In this document: positions 25,712 through 39,385 of the stretch, one piece after another
Layout: the number at the start of each line of letters is the position of its first letter
How positions within the stretch are numbered: position 1 is the first letter of the stretch
Assembly (NCBI GenBank): GCA_051294905.1
Contig: CM119379.1
Coordinates: 18,786,001-18,850,000 of the forward strand
DNA from: Botryllus schlosseri
Lineage: Eukaryota
DNA: 64,000 nt
Direction: 5' to 3'
Notes under the pieces: model-generated
What the model was told of the DNA's origin: nothing
Database searches by the model: none
The model's input: the letters and a program-made list of their open reading frames with translations, nothing else
Position numbers and translations under genes: made by a program

Positions 25712-28700
25712 TCCTAGCAGTTCAACTAATATGGCTTCGCGGATCCGCACAGCCTGTGTTCTGTAAAATTTAGCGGCTAACCCCGTTTGTGGTGTAGCTT
25801 ATCAAACCCGTAGAAGTCACAACAGCTGTGGTAGGCTACAAAACTAATTTTATAAAGTTACAGAACAAGAAACAGTAAGCAGCCCACTCCTTGGAAGTTA
25901 CAGCACCTCACACTTTTATTCGATGCATACGCGTTGCACGCTTGTCTTACTACTTGAGAAATGTTTGACACCGATATGAAGGAGATATTTTGTGCAGTAA
26001 GATTTTCAATGTAAAAACATTATAAATTTTCCGGAATTATTAACCTAAACTAGGGTTATATTATCCCTGATCTGAAACTATAAAATCCTTCCTGGATTGA
26101 AAGTACTTGCTTCTCATTTAAATTAGCTCAATGAGCTCCGTTTTCGGAATGCTTTGGTCGTGGTTGTAAAACATAACGACAAATATAACATTCCGTCGGA
26201 GTGACGTTTCATCAACCGCAAGGTGGTATTAAAGATCCACCGTCGTTTGTCCGCGTCGACAGTGTTAAATCTTCGAGTGGGCGCTGTTGAGTAGTATCTT
26301 CCGATTAGTTTTGAAATTAATTCGTTTCGAAACATGTTTCATCACTAGCCTAGTTTCTGACACGTTGTATTATTCATCGATGTCTCCACATGTAGGTCAA
26401 AAATATTGACGAAATAAGAATCATATATTCATATTCACATATTCATACCGTAAGTAACGCGTTTGAGACGTAGACCAACCAGAATTACAGATGTAACAAT
26501 CGTGTTGAAAACTCTTTTTTACATCTTGTTACCAAAATCATCCCGTTAGATAGGAATGTAAACATCAAGATTAACAATTATTGTTTGAAAACTAAATTCG
26601 ATATAATACAACGCCCGCCTGATATCGATTCGAACAGCATTCTGTTAACAAATAAAATCGACGAAAGCAGTCGAATCGCTTCTAAGGTACCACCAATAGC
26701 AACACGATGGTGCATAATCGGTCACGTACCAACTTCAAGCTTTCCTACGCGAGTCGCGATATAATTCGAGGAATGATGTTATAACTAACGTTAAGAACCC
26801 AGTTCTCCTCTTACGCAGAAACACGACGATATTATAGACAATCTTGATATAAAATAACTCAAATTCGTACTTAAATCGCGTAAAATGACACTATTTGTGA
26901 TACTCAAGTTATCGACGAGTGACAAATCGGCCTAAAACACCGCTGAAACATATCCGTTATGCGATATTAAATGTTCATACTAGTAACGGGTCAGGTAGTG
27001 CGTCGTGACCTCATGATTTTCCTGCTTCATTATTCGCGGTGTTAGCGGGAAACGGCGGCGGATTTTGGTATAATTGCGGCGCGCTTAACACCGTTCAGAC
27101 AAATTATCGGCGGCTGTCATGTAATGATATCTCGACGAATCTGTGTTACCTTATTTTAGGTATGCGGGGCGACCCAGAAAGACATATTCCAGATGGAGTT
27201 GACACATCTTATTAAATCGTAGTAACTGTATACTCGGTGGGATAGTGTCTGTTATTTACGCTGATATCCTGTCACAAGGTGTCAAGCTATATGGTTTGGA
27301 ATTGTGACAGACATCTAGTGGAAAGCTGCGCAGTGCGCACACCATCGAGATGTGGGCGTCAGGCTGAGAATCGATGTGCTCGCATTATTTCTATATGTGT
27401 TATAGGCTATGGATGAAATTTGATAGGATTAACTCACTCAGCCGTGCTGTTAACTTAGAATTTGCTCTGCTTGTTAGCACCATTACCATTTTGCTTCGAT
27501 ATTACCGTAGGTCTCTGGTCAGTAGCGAAGTACCTAAAGTTTTGCGGAGTGCCCAAATAGGTTTTTCTACTCGCACTATAGTTACTCGAGTGGTTGTTAA
27601 GTATTCAGACTACCTCCTCTTCTACACGCAAAACTGCTTACTTTCTATAGTTCGGGGTTGTAAAGTGCGGGATTGGCCTGTGCCGTTTTTGAGAATGACA
27701 TTATCGTATCAACTGTGCGAAATAGCCCATGCATCACGCTAGTTGTATTTGTTATAGAAATTGTTCTATATGTGGAGTTATCAGTCATTGTGGGTAATCG
27801 CGAAGATACATTATGCAACCCCGAAATACTACTAAAAGTATGCGACACCTCTATACGAAATCCACTTTTTAAAAGCACTTATTTCAATACATTCCGGGCC
27901 TTCTATGTTCCACTTGTAAGTATTTTGACCTGTTTTGGAAACGGTTACTTCTACTTGTAATCTCGACAGAGATTTACGACGGTACTTTTACTTCAACTTC
28001 TAATTGAGCAGCAATACTGACTACTTTGACCCCTCTTGGTATGACCCCAGAAGTGGTCTATAGAGAAGTGCCTCTCTTCACGTCAAGCTGAATGTAAGTT
28101 TTTTGTAAACTTCCACTATATTTTATCTATTGATTCAGATGTTACACTGCTTCAATATTACTTCAATATTTTATACAAATATGATTCCGAAGCTAACCTA
28201 AACAACGTTCACGCTTAAAATTACGATAAGTCTTCTTGGAGGGGGCTCAAGCTCGAAGGGGGCCCAAAATTAGTTTGTGAATTAGCATAAATTATCGAGT
28301 ATTTTTTGAAAATTTATGCAACTTTTTCAAAAATTTTGCGGGCTTGGCGCGATTTCAAGTTGCCGATTATTTTGATTTTTGGGTACTCTCCCCACCACCA
28401 AAAAAATACGCGAGATATATAGAAATGGGCATATTAACGCCAATTACCGCGCCACGACCCGCGAAGACATAAAGTAGGCCATGTAACATGCGACTCCAAG
28501 AAGTGTGCCTGAACGATCGGCAGCGAGAAAACCTTGGCCGAAAAGGACTGCACTAATGCTGACCGAAAACTTTGTTATATATACAAAATACTGTCTTGGC
28601 AATCTGAGCCTCACAAGACAAATACCATCCCGCAGGGAAAAACTATATGCCAGTGAAGAAATACCAATTTGAAATCGTGTGCGTCTTTTAGTTTCATAGC

Positions 28701-28800
28701 CTACGTTATGGCGATTCTATATTTTTTATATAGCAGACAGAGGTCACGAAATAACATCATATTAAGGAGTCATACCAACGAGCCCTATACAGGTTCCAAG

Positions 28801-29300
28801 ACACCTCACTCAGCTCTACCGGTAAATCTGATTACGTAAGCAGAGAGGAAAAGAAGTTTAGGGCAATATATATGCATATTACCGATTTTATTGACCGATT
28901 TTATCCAATTGAATAGTATATTGAAGTTCTGTACCTCCAAGAAGCTCTTCAAGTATTACCGATTTTATCATGAAATTTCGAAAATTTTCGCGCCTAGCGC
29001 TGGCTCACTAAGCAGTACAACTCATTTCGTGGCAAAAGCGAACAAGGCAAGGGGGTAGGTTTATCACCCTGTGGGAGCCCAAGACCCAAGATTTTTTGCG
29101 GGGCCTGACGAAGTGCTGTTTCGTTCCTGCCGACGGCTATACGTCCGAAGATGTTTAATTATAATATTGAGGGGTCCTACCTTTTCAAACACACCTCACT
29201 CAGCTCTACCTGTAAATCTGATTGCGTGAGCAAGAGAGAGTATAAAAATTGATAGCAACATATATGCAATTCTCGATCATATTGACCGATTGAATCATGA
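28801..29300. repeat. Local direct duplication (~110 bp, copies start 28801 and 29191)
   Basis: acacctcactcagctctacc.gtaaatctgatt.cgt.agc...atatatgca...attgaccgatt occurs twice, 390 bp apart. Confidence 0.75.
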
Positions 29301-29441
29301 ATTAAGGCGCGTTTAGGCGAGAAAAGCTGACCCATTAAACGGCCCCAAATGTAGAGGATAAGTAAGTAGCGGTAATTAGCGAACAGCACTTCGTCCCCCA
29401 GAAGTTCGGTTCATCAACATATGGGGGAACCAAGACCAATG

Positions 29442-29506
29442 TTTTTTTTTTTTGGGGGGGGGGTGTTGGCAAAGTGCTGTTACGGCCCTGCACACACACA
29501 CACACA
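29442..29506. repeat. Simple repeats: T12-G10 run and (CA)8
   Basis: Read directly from the sequence. Confidence 0.9.
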
Positions 29507-31344
29507 TTGTGCGGGCATGAAAATTGACGCTGGGCTACTCTACCAGCCGAAGTTTGTGAATTGACAAATAAACAAGCCATGACTACGTGGGTTTGTTTGG
29601 TTGCGTCGTAGCTGTGTTGGTGAAGCGTGTGAGGAATGAGCATTAACCATGAGATGTCGAAACAATAAAAAAGTGAATGTTTAGCAAACTATGTATATTA
29701 AAACAAAAGCCTGTATAATAATCAGGGTACAGTGAAATGAAGAAACGAACGATTGGTTTCTAATACTAGTAAACTAGGAGTAATTACATGGACGTTATGA
29801 CAGGCTGACAATTGTTGAAAACATGGTTGTTGCCATGTCTATTATTGTTTGTTTCTTGCCTAATTGTCACGTCAGGGATCTTCTATTGTGACGTCACAGT
29901 TTGATCGACATTCAAAATCGGAAATATATTGTCAATATGGCTCTTTTGATGAAAAAGGTTTCCGACCAAAAATAACTTTGACCGCAGGACTACATCGCTA
30001 TTCGCTATCCAGAATTCTTGCGGTCGGCAGAAGAACAGAACATCTATTTCGTTCCAATGCTATATAACTATTTTACCGACGAAGGTTGCAAAGGCTTCGA
30101 ATTATGACATATTATATACGTAGACAATATCGGTTGCAATTCGTCTATACTTACACTACATGTTTTTTTAAAGTATTTACACAATTATGAAAAACTTTGG
30201 AATTTATTTTTTATTTGGAAATGATATTTGTTAAAAAAATGTCAAACCAGTTGGACATAGTTACGACCTGGCTTAGGTAGAGCGGGACCTACGATACTTA
30301 TCCTAGGCCCCGGGTAGAGACTTAGGAAACTTGGTATATGTTGGCATACGCATGACATATAGCATGATATTATCAGATTTCTTACTAACAACGCAACAAT
30401 TCTGACATTTAGGAGTCCACGCAAGTTCAAGTTCGCCATGATATAAAGAAAAATTCCCATCACCACATATACGATGACGGATCTCGAAAGATTTTTCCCA
30501 AGTCACTTCTGTATATTCCACATTCGCCGCCAAACTAAATACCGTACGAAATCAAATTCGCCATGCCGGTCTTATCGCAAAATAAGTTGATTATTCCTCG
30601 ATTATGTGACTAATAGCTCTTATAATCTCTAATTCGCGGCACAAGGGCGTTTTTTTATCGCGGGACTCGTGTCAAAAGTATATTACGGGCGATAACTCGC
30701 GTGCGCTACACAAGTTTTGCGATAGTCAAACACGGAACGAATGCATAAGTGATTGTGGGCAAACACTTCACGACTCGATAATGTGTCAGCGATCATTTCC
30801 GATGGCTTTGCGAATTTTCGTGGAACATAATCCGTACGCTGTGCTGTTTTAAAGAGTCGATAGCATGCCTTTTGTACACACTTATTGAATATGATTTATA
30901 CCGCAGTATACCTGACGCTACAACCTGGTGTAAACACCAGGTTGACTGAATTCAATATTTGTGCACTGAAAGGGTTTTGTAGATGAAAGAATGTTCTAAT
31001 CTGCTAAAACTGTAAAGCTGTCCGCCTTGGTAGATGGTACTCAATTAAAGTTATATTAAAATTAAAATTATACCGAAAACAAGTAGAAGAACCGGTTTCC
31101 AAGCACTAAAATAAGTAGTTTAAAAAAGTAGATTCGGTAGGGACGTATATCGTATACTTTTAGTCGCCGATTCAAGGAGATTATGATTTCGAAATTGCAG
31201 GGTGCAGCCTCACGCGACTAACGCAGAATGACTAATGACAATACCGACTCGGATGTTGTTCGTGATATTCATGGTGCTTGTCGGGGACAATGGTTAATTA
31301 TATCAGGCCGATTTTCTTTATACTGATTCTGGAGCCGCCGGCTG

Positions 31345-31507
31345 ATAGCACGGCCAACTTCAAGGCTTCCAAGACGCCGATTATGCGGATGAGTACAGAC
31401 AAACCTCCAACACTAGCTATAGGAATTTTTGAGTCAACTTCGGTCGGACTCAAACCCGCAATCCATTGGTGTTGCAGCTGCGGATCATACCACTACGCCA
31501 TCTCGCC
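31345..31507 (-). mobile_element. tRNA-derived SINE, diverged copy 3
   Basis: Same head (GGCGAGATGGCGTAGTGGT...GGTTTGAGTCC) and the tagcacggcc.acttc tail shared with copy 1. Confidence 0.65.
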
Positions 31508-34140
31508 GCATTACCGAATTCGTGCAATTTTCGAAAATATATTCAGTTACCGTGATACGCAAGGGTTATTTCACAGAATCGTCATAAAGATTGTATTCGT
31601 AAACGAGATAGAAAGATAAACCAAAACGACTTCCAACTTTACAATATTCGAAGTCTAAAAGTAAGTATTTTCTCCTAAAATGCTGTGAAGTAGGTGGGAA
31701 CAGTGAAGAAACATGCCTGATTGAGTACACCGTGAAAGTATAGGAGGCAAAAACTACTTGAATATTCAGAAAAAGTATAAGTACTTCTTTACTGTGCACC
31801 TCTGCTGGGAATGTATACAACGGATAATTGTAAGGATACGCGGCATACAAACTGCATGGATTTGTGACTTATGGATTGATCGGGTCATGTTTCACGATCA
31901 CGATACCATACATATACAGACAAACCCCCGAAAATAATACATACATATACATCGTTGTTCAGTAATCCTATGCACGCATGTAGTATCCCATACAATGAAA
32001 TCTAACCGTAATTAGTATATAGCTGTCATTAGAATGCTACCTAGCCTACAAGCATTTCGTGAGCAATGTTTACTCAATTATAACGTTGTAACAGTAACAT
32101 ACACACATTAGAAATCCCTGTACACCCTACATCGCACTTGTTTTAGGAATTTCGTGGACAGTTTCGCGTCACCTATAATTTGACACGCAATTTTAATAAA
32201 TATTCTTACAGAAAATCTACACGAACGTGTTTACTTTTAACTGAATTCGACCTAGTCATAGTGTGTTTAGATCCGCATCTCGGCAACGTATTCGCTCGCC
32301 TTGAATATACAATTGAATAATATATTCATATTGAAATATACCGGAATGTATTCGGCTGACACTCGTAAAGGATAATCGTCAGCAACTAGTAGAGAATTGA
32401 AAAGAAAATTGTATAGCCACAATCGTATAACCAAATATGACGCCACCGGCATGGGAGTTCGAATAGTCGGGCGAAGTGATCGCTTATATTATTCAATTGT
32501 AGATTGAGGTTGTATGCCTCCAAGAGCCTTTGTCTTGCAACTTAATTTGCAGATCGTAGAAAAATTTCGAGGAAAAATTACGTAGTCCACAACACAACCA
32601 CTCCAGTAAGTAGAGGAAGTATAGGAAATTCCTACTTGAGTGCTACGAAATAGTAGAAGTGCTTCATTGCTGACCCCATCTGGAAAAACGTCAATAGTCT
32701 CCTATACGGACTCTCGACTTTTTTCGTGGCCTCAAGAACGAAACGGACAAAATTTAATTTCCCATACCCCCACAATCTAAAGATGGCTGGCTCTCTGGAC
32801 CATCCTAAACGTTCCCGTGGCCTAGAAGTAACCAATGCGCTAGGGTTAGGCTCCAAAGCTGTCACGTGTTCTAAGTCTTCGCCGTAACCCCAAAGTCGAC
32901 TAGATATATGTGAAGATGACATTGCTTGTTTCGTGTTTCGTCAGTACCGTTTGAATGTGTAGCAAGCCTATAAACGACAGATATGTGCCATGTGGGTACG
33001 CGTGATATGTAAAGCTTTGAATTTAGTGTGCATTCACAGATTGCCTGTATATACATCAAAATATTTGAAGAGCTTCGTTGAGGTACAGAACTTCAATATA
33101 CAATTTGATAGTATATTCATATTGAAATGAACCCGAATACTTTCGACATGAACATAGAAACATAAACATAGAAATATCTATTATATTGTCGAAGTTATGA
33201 AAGGCAGTCGGGTTACAAAATTGAACATGCTGCATAAATCTCCCATGAAGTTATTCTTCCGCAAATCTTTCCAGATATTACAATCGTTTACTTCTAATGT
33301 AAGAATGTCTGTAATCCGACTCTGTTACCAAACTGCGCTTATGGTAATGGCATATCAATCGACATTCGACTCCATGCGGTCATTACATTGTCTCATGCTT
33401 TAGAAAACACTCGTGGGTTTTAATGGAGGACATCAGTCATGTTGCATTGTTTACGAGGATTGCCAGCAGTCACGATATTCGGGGGTATATGCGAGCTTAC
33501 CAATTTCGCAAACCCATTACGACATTCGTGAACTTTGAAAGAAGATATTTTCACGATAGTATCTTCTGCATATATTTGACTACTTTACCTAATGTCCCTC
33601 GCAATTGGATCGCCATTATTGACTGCAAGTGATTTTGACAAGCTATATCCGTTAAACATATTCACTCCCATTGTATTTACGACGAAATGTATTTGCTACG
33701 ACATGAATAAATTGAGCATATAGACCATAACGATTTTAGTGTTTCAAATGACTCAACGTTTGGGTGATTTACGGGTACTAAATACAAAATAAAGTACAGA
33801 AGTTACAGAAAGACTGGTTGCTGTTGATAGATATAAATCGCTGGTTTTGTTAGTCATATTCAACATAGTTATTAACGGCTTATGGCTGCATTAGTTGACA
33901 ACGTGAACTCAATGACATCAGTGAAGAGGCTTCCAATTTCCAAAGGTTGTTAAAGTAGTCATAGTTGGTACTCAAGAAGTAGAAGTAACGACGTAAATTT
34001 CTACTCAAATAGAAGTAGAAGTAGTGATTACTAGATAAAAAAAATGTAAGTATGATACGTCTAGATTTGCCTACAAAAACTGTAAACCGTGTATTAGATA
34101 GAAAGTCAAAAATCATAACCTCTTGAGGGCGTAGTGCAAG

Positions 34141-34663
34141 TAGGGTTGCATTTAAAACAAATGGTTGTTTAAAACACTTTGTTTTAACACATGTTTCAAA
34201 CAGTGTTTTAAAAAAAGGCCTTTAAGTTGTATTATTATGCCATAACTGTGTAAATACTTTCCAAAAACATGTTGTATGAGCCCACGGACGACGATTACCA
34301 CCCTATATAGCCGACGTATACGATATGGGATTGTTGAAACCCTCGATATAGTCGGTTCAACAGCTATAGATCATTGGTACGGAATGAACGTTCTGATGAT
34401 GATGGCTGCAGACCGTAAGAACGCTGCATGACGATGTAGTCTTGGTTAAAGATATTTTTGGTCCGTAGCCTATATGACAGGGGTTGGAAGTCTATTTCGT
34501 CATTCGTCAAAGGAGCTATATTTACCCTATACCTTCAATTGTGAATATCAATACATTATGACGTCACAAATGAATATGCATGACGTCACGACTAAGAAAA
34601 ATAACATGTTTTAAACATGGCCTTGTTTGTTTTAAATTGATTTTTGTTTTAAACACGATCCTA
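34141..34663. mobile_element. hAT MITE, TAGGGTTGCATTTAAAAC family, copy 1
   Basis: Left TIR TAGGGTTGCATTTAAAACAAA with a degenerate right end; TSD AGTGCAAG / ATTGCAAG (7/8); interior colinear with 42883-43351 and 53706-54201. Confidence 0.85.
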
Positions 34664-35787
34664 ATTGCAAGTATAGGCAAAACCACCTGAGTATTTGGAA
34701 AAAGTAAAAGCACTCCAACTGACCATCTCCACCAGTTTCATTGGTAATTTATGGTACTGCTTTCCCTTGACTGGTATTTCTTACCATACCGCAATCCTTT
34801 TTTGGCTTGTAAGTCTTGACGGTGGTGTCCATTACGAAACATGGGACTGTCGATGAAAAAAAGACTTTAAATATACCGACAATGTAACCCCGCCATAAAC
34901 GCGAGTTGTCATATCTCGAAGACATCTAAAAATTAAACGATTCGCCCTCTCAATTCCAAACATTTTGCGAATTCCGCACCAACGGAGCACGGCGAAATGT
35001 CAAAAGTTCATAAAAAACACCTTTTGTACTCTAGCGGCAGTTAATTCCATCGCGGTCGTAAAACAATCAAAAGTCGGGCGGCGGTCGCCGGGTTTCGGGG
35101 CCCATACTCTTTGTCCTACCGCCACAATACCGCCATTTAAATATGCTTTTCGGACGCGCAAAAAGTCGGTGGATAATGTACAGCGGCTGCCATTTTACTG
35201 TCGCCATGCAAGTGGGACTCTGGCACCGCACTTTTAACGAGGCAAACAACGAAAGAGAGTTCGGGGTGAGATCCATTCACTCCCGATAAAGATACACTAA
35301 CCGACAAAACGAATGTCGCTTTTTGTTATGGTCGCGGACAAAGGAGACACCTCGCGCGCTGTCGCCAAGTTTGACGAAGCAGTGATAGGCCTCGCGAGCA
35401 AACATTTAGTATGGACTTATCCCACGGTCGCTGCGTAAACAAACTCTCGCGATTAAGCCGTTCCGACTCTCTCGCGCCGACTTTCCCATCCGCCTGCCAT
35501 CTGCCTGTCGCGGTCACGTGACGTGACGTAATCCCGGCTTGAACCAACCGAATTCCGATGGTGAGTTCGTTGATTTCGAGGTGACGGGATATTTTAAGAA
35601 CGCGCGGGTGGGATTTCGAGATACTGAACTGGGCGTGAGCCGATCCTGTCCAGGGGAGATATGTGACAGAGTACATCGAAGTACTCAGGTAGGTTTTTCC
35701 TACCTTCACTATTTACACGAGTGGATTTGTTTTTACATCACTTCCACTTCTATTTGAACAGTTTTTATACTCAAAACTACTAATGTT

Positions 35788-35950
35788 TTGAATAATATAT
35801 CCATATTGAGCTAAACCCGGACATCTTCGGCTGACATTGGTCAGAGGTAATCAAGTGTCAGCCGAAAATATTCGGGTTGATTTCGATATGGATATACCAT
35901 TCAATTATATATTGAAGGTCTGTAGTACCCGTCAAGAAGCTCTTTAAACA
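35788..35950. repeat. Internally deleted copy of the 50246-50448 palindromic family
   Basis: ttcggctgaca...tgtcagccgaa hairpin with the family flanks (gaagctctt). Confidence 0.7.
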
Positions 35951-36572
35951 CTTACGTTTCAGTATTTGGATTTTTAAAAGTCAAAAGTTTTCTGTCAATT
36001 TCATGAGCGAAATTGCGATCGTTATTGCAATAAACCCCAAATCATCGTGGCTGAATATATTTTCGAAAGAAACACCTATTTATACGATTCCGCCTATCGA
36101 TAAAATCTACTATTTAAAATACTTACTCGAGTACTTTTCAAATCTTCATTTTCTAGTTTCACTTGAAGTAGTTATTATCTGTCTTGGAAATCACAACTTC
36201 AGTTATTTTGAGTAGAAATATAGGAATTTTCTGATACTCCTACTCTAAAAAATTGCTTTGACCACACCTAGAAGCGAATTGCTTTTATTTTTCGAAACAC
36301 TCAGCCTACTCCGCCTACTTATTTAAATGTTTTTACGCATTTTCCACTCTTACTTGAATGCTTTTCTGGGACAAAACTACCTACTTTTTACACTTTCGAT
36401 TTTGAAAAGTATGAAGTAGTTTTTCATCACTTTTTTGAGTTTTATTATGGTTATAATTAATCAATAAAATCCTGTTATGTGGCATGTAAAAACGAAGGTA
36501 TTTTGCACCACAGGCTAATTCATTTCATCAACCAACACAAGCTAATTGATTAATTTTGTAAAGGACTATAAG

Positions 36573-37438
36573 TAGGGCAAGTTTTTGCAATTTTTGCAAC
36601 TTTTTTTCACAGCTTCCGACAGCTTCCTAGATACTCAGAATCTAAATAATATGTTTTAAGCTGTTTGGAAAGATTTTATAGTGCAACTTTTTGCAACTTT
36701 TCTTTATTTTTCATGCCAATTATTACTGCAACATTTATCAAATATTGCGTTAAGATGTAAAGGAGTCATATAAAAACATGCTATAATCTATTTCTAGTAT
36801 GGTTCTATTCTCTTTTATTTGCAAAACAAAGAGCTATATGATGGGTTAGCTGCATCTCACTGTTATCTATGACACAATGGCTTGAAGGTCCACTACCCTT
36901 GCCAAGCAAGACCGTGCCTGAACAATATGTAAATAGATCGCTGTATTAATTCTGTCGTTTAAATTCGAAAAGTTTCCCATTTCACAAGCGTGCAGGCGAT
37001 ACCGCCGAAAACTACATTTTCACTGGGTCACCTTTTTCAGGCTATTACTTTTGTTAAAGTCATCGAGCGCGAGTTTTTTCTGCAATGACTTGGGTCAATA
37101 GTTTGCAGACCTAGGGGTTTTTGGGGTGTGTTATTCGACTTTTTAGGGAGAGGGGGTTATCGCTATGCTTTTGGGGGAAAATTATTCCCGCATTGCGTCA
37201 TTTTATTGCTATGTGCCGAGAAAAATGAAATTATTGTCGGTTTAGCCAGACCGTGCATTAAATATGGCAAAGTAACAAATTTGACGGCTCTGCGAGAACT
37301 GGGTTATACAGCGGAACATTTCAAGTACCTCATACCCTAATAATTTAACAGAAATCATAAATGCAACTTTAAACTGCAACTTTTGATAAAATTAAATTCA
37401 ACTTTTTCGCGATTTTAGTGCAACAAAAACTTACCCTA
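36573..37438. mobile_element. hAT MITE, TAGGG(C/T)AAGTTTTTG family, 866 bp
   Basis: TIR TAGGGCAAGTTTTTG / CAAAAACTTACCCTA; perfect TSD ACTATAAG (36565-36572, 37439-37446); subterminal GCAACTTTT repeats. Confidence 0.9.
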
Positions 37439-38975
37439 ACTATAAGAAATTCAAAATATTAGGCAAATTGTCATGAATTAGGTACAGCGCATTGATGTAA
37501 CTACAAAATCGATCACATGTTGTAAAAGTTGGTGTCAGTCAGTAAGTTATCCAAGATTATTGGGATATTCTTTCGCAGTGCAATGACTCTCAACATCCAA
37601 CCATCATGGGCACCGCGCGAAATAGCCTTCCCAGTAACTGATAAATATATTTCTGACTTCATTAGTAATTTTGTGTCCGTCGTGATGATGCATCTTGAAA
37701 TTTCGAAAGTAGCCAACACCGGTTAGCTGTCGAAATGAGAACGCTCGATCAAATCTATTCTTTGGAACTGATTCCTGAAGTACTGTCCGACATTTCATTT
37801 CGACTCCACTTGAAGTAGTTTTTCACGTTTTGGGAATTGGCGTTTATACTTGTTAATGAGTAGAAATTAACGGCGTTACTTGTATTTCTACTTGTACCAC
37901 AGCGCTGACTGCTCTGACCAGTGACCACCATTGGTCTTGACCCTAAACTTAACCAACGGTATGTCAAGATTTAATTAAGCACGACCACACAGACACGTGC
38001 AATCAGCATGACGTATTTATTATATAGCTGGGAAACGATAACTGATAATAACTTACGTGTGATTTGCAGTGGGACGCTTTCTCTAAAATTACGAGACAAT
38101 AGATTTAAGCAGTGTTTCTTCACGTACCCCTTGAGCTTCTCATGTAATGTTGCTCGTACCCCTTATTCAGGATCGAAACAGCACTTTGCCAAGCCCCCTC
38201 AAAGGCTGGTCTTGGGCACCACTAGGGTTTTCAGTACAACTTATGTGGATTTCAGGGACAGCAGACATAGCTGCGACTATAGATATTAATATCGACGGTT
38301 TCGCCGACGCGCTGTGATATTATGGTCCAAATGGTAATCGCCGCCGCTGGTGCACCGAAATGTCACAGGTCTTGGCGTACTCTGGGACGGAAATTACGGT
38401 CAGCACCGAAATGTCGGAGTGTGATAGTACCACCCCAGCAGGTTTCACAGCCCTGGACTAAAGCACCCTAATGACCTCAAGGCTCCATTCCTTCATAATT
38501 GCGAAAAAACGTCAATACTGTAACTTATGTTGTATCTTTTATTAAGCCTACTATTATTTTGCAGGAGGGAATGGCATACTCAAATTGAAGTAATAATGTC
38601 CTTGAAATGGGAACGGGCGAATTGAGAAGATAATTGAGTTGAAGAGATCCGACCCATAGTATTCCATTTTGTGTTAATTTGCAAAGTAATGCAGAGGTAA
38701 ATAAATAGCGTAAAATTGCACACTGCATCTCGTACCCCTTCCTTTGGTGCTTCGTATCCCGAAGGGGTCCGTGGACCGCTGTTTAAGAACCGCTGGGTTA
38801 AGACGATATGAAGCGGTATGGCTTTAGGTCACGAAATATCCGTATATGATAACTACATTTAATCATTCTATCGTTTGGATATCCTCAACAGTCTCCAATC
38901 AGTACACGAAGACATCATCGAAATCGAAATCCATAAATAACGAGATCTATGTCCCGAACAATTGTAAAACATAAG

Positions 38976-39385
38976 GAAGTATGAATGGAGTATGTGAATG
39001 AAATAGTGAAATGTTATTCATCTTGCAATGGTTTCACAATGTATTTCAAGGAAAGGTTTTAAATCGATCAAGTGTGGAATCTACAAATAATATGGCTTGA
39101 AAATTTGGAAACCCCAACGAAGTATGAATGGGTTATGAATGGAATTATCATTTTACATTTTTGGTTAGGCCTACAACTTGGATTCACACTGTATTTCTAG
39201 TAATGGATTTTAATCGACCAAGTAGTGGAAGTTATGCATACATATTAAAATATACCTTGGAAAATTGTAAAACACGATGACGTACGGATGAAATATGATC
39301 GATTTTAATTTTACATTTTTATTGCAATTTTGAATCGTTCCACACCACATCTCCAGCAACAGTTTTTCATCGACCAAGTATGCTC
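38976..39385. repeat. Degenerate tandem repeat, period ~143-155 bp, 2-3 copies
   Basis: gaagtatgaatgg at 38976 and 39119; ttcaca.tgtatttc twice; atcga.caagt three times. Confidence 0.6.

Noticed and set aside
16270-27322. CTCF-like words (CCACCAGATGCC near 16270; CCACTAGATGTC near 27311, minus)
   Set aside because: Each has a mismatch in the core and is expected by chance.
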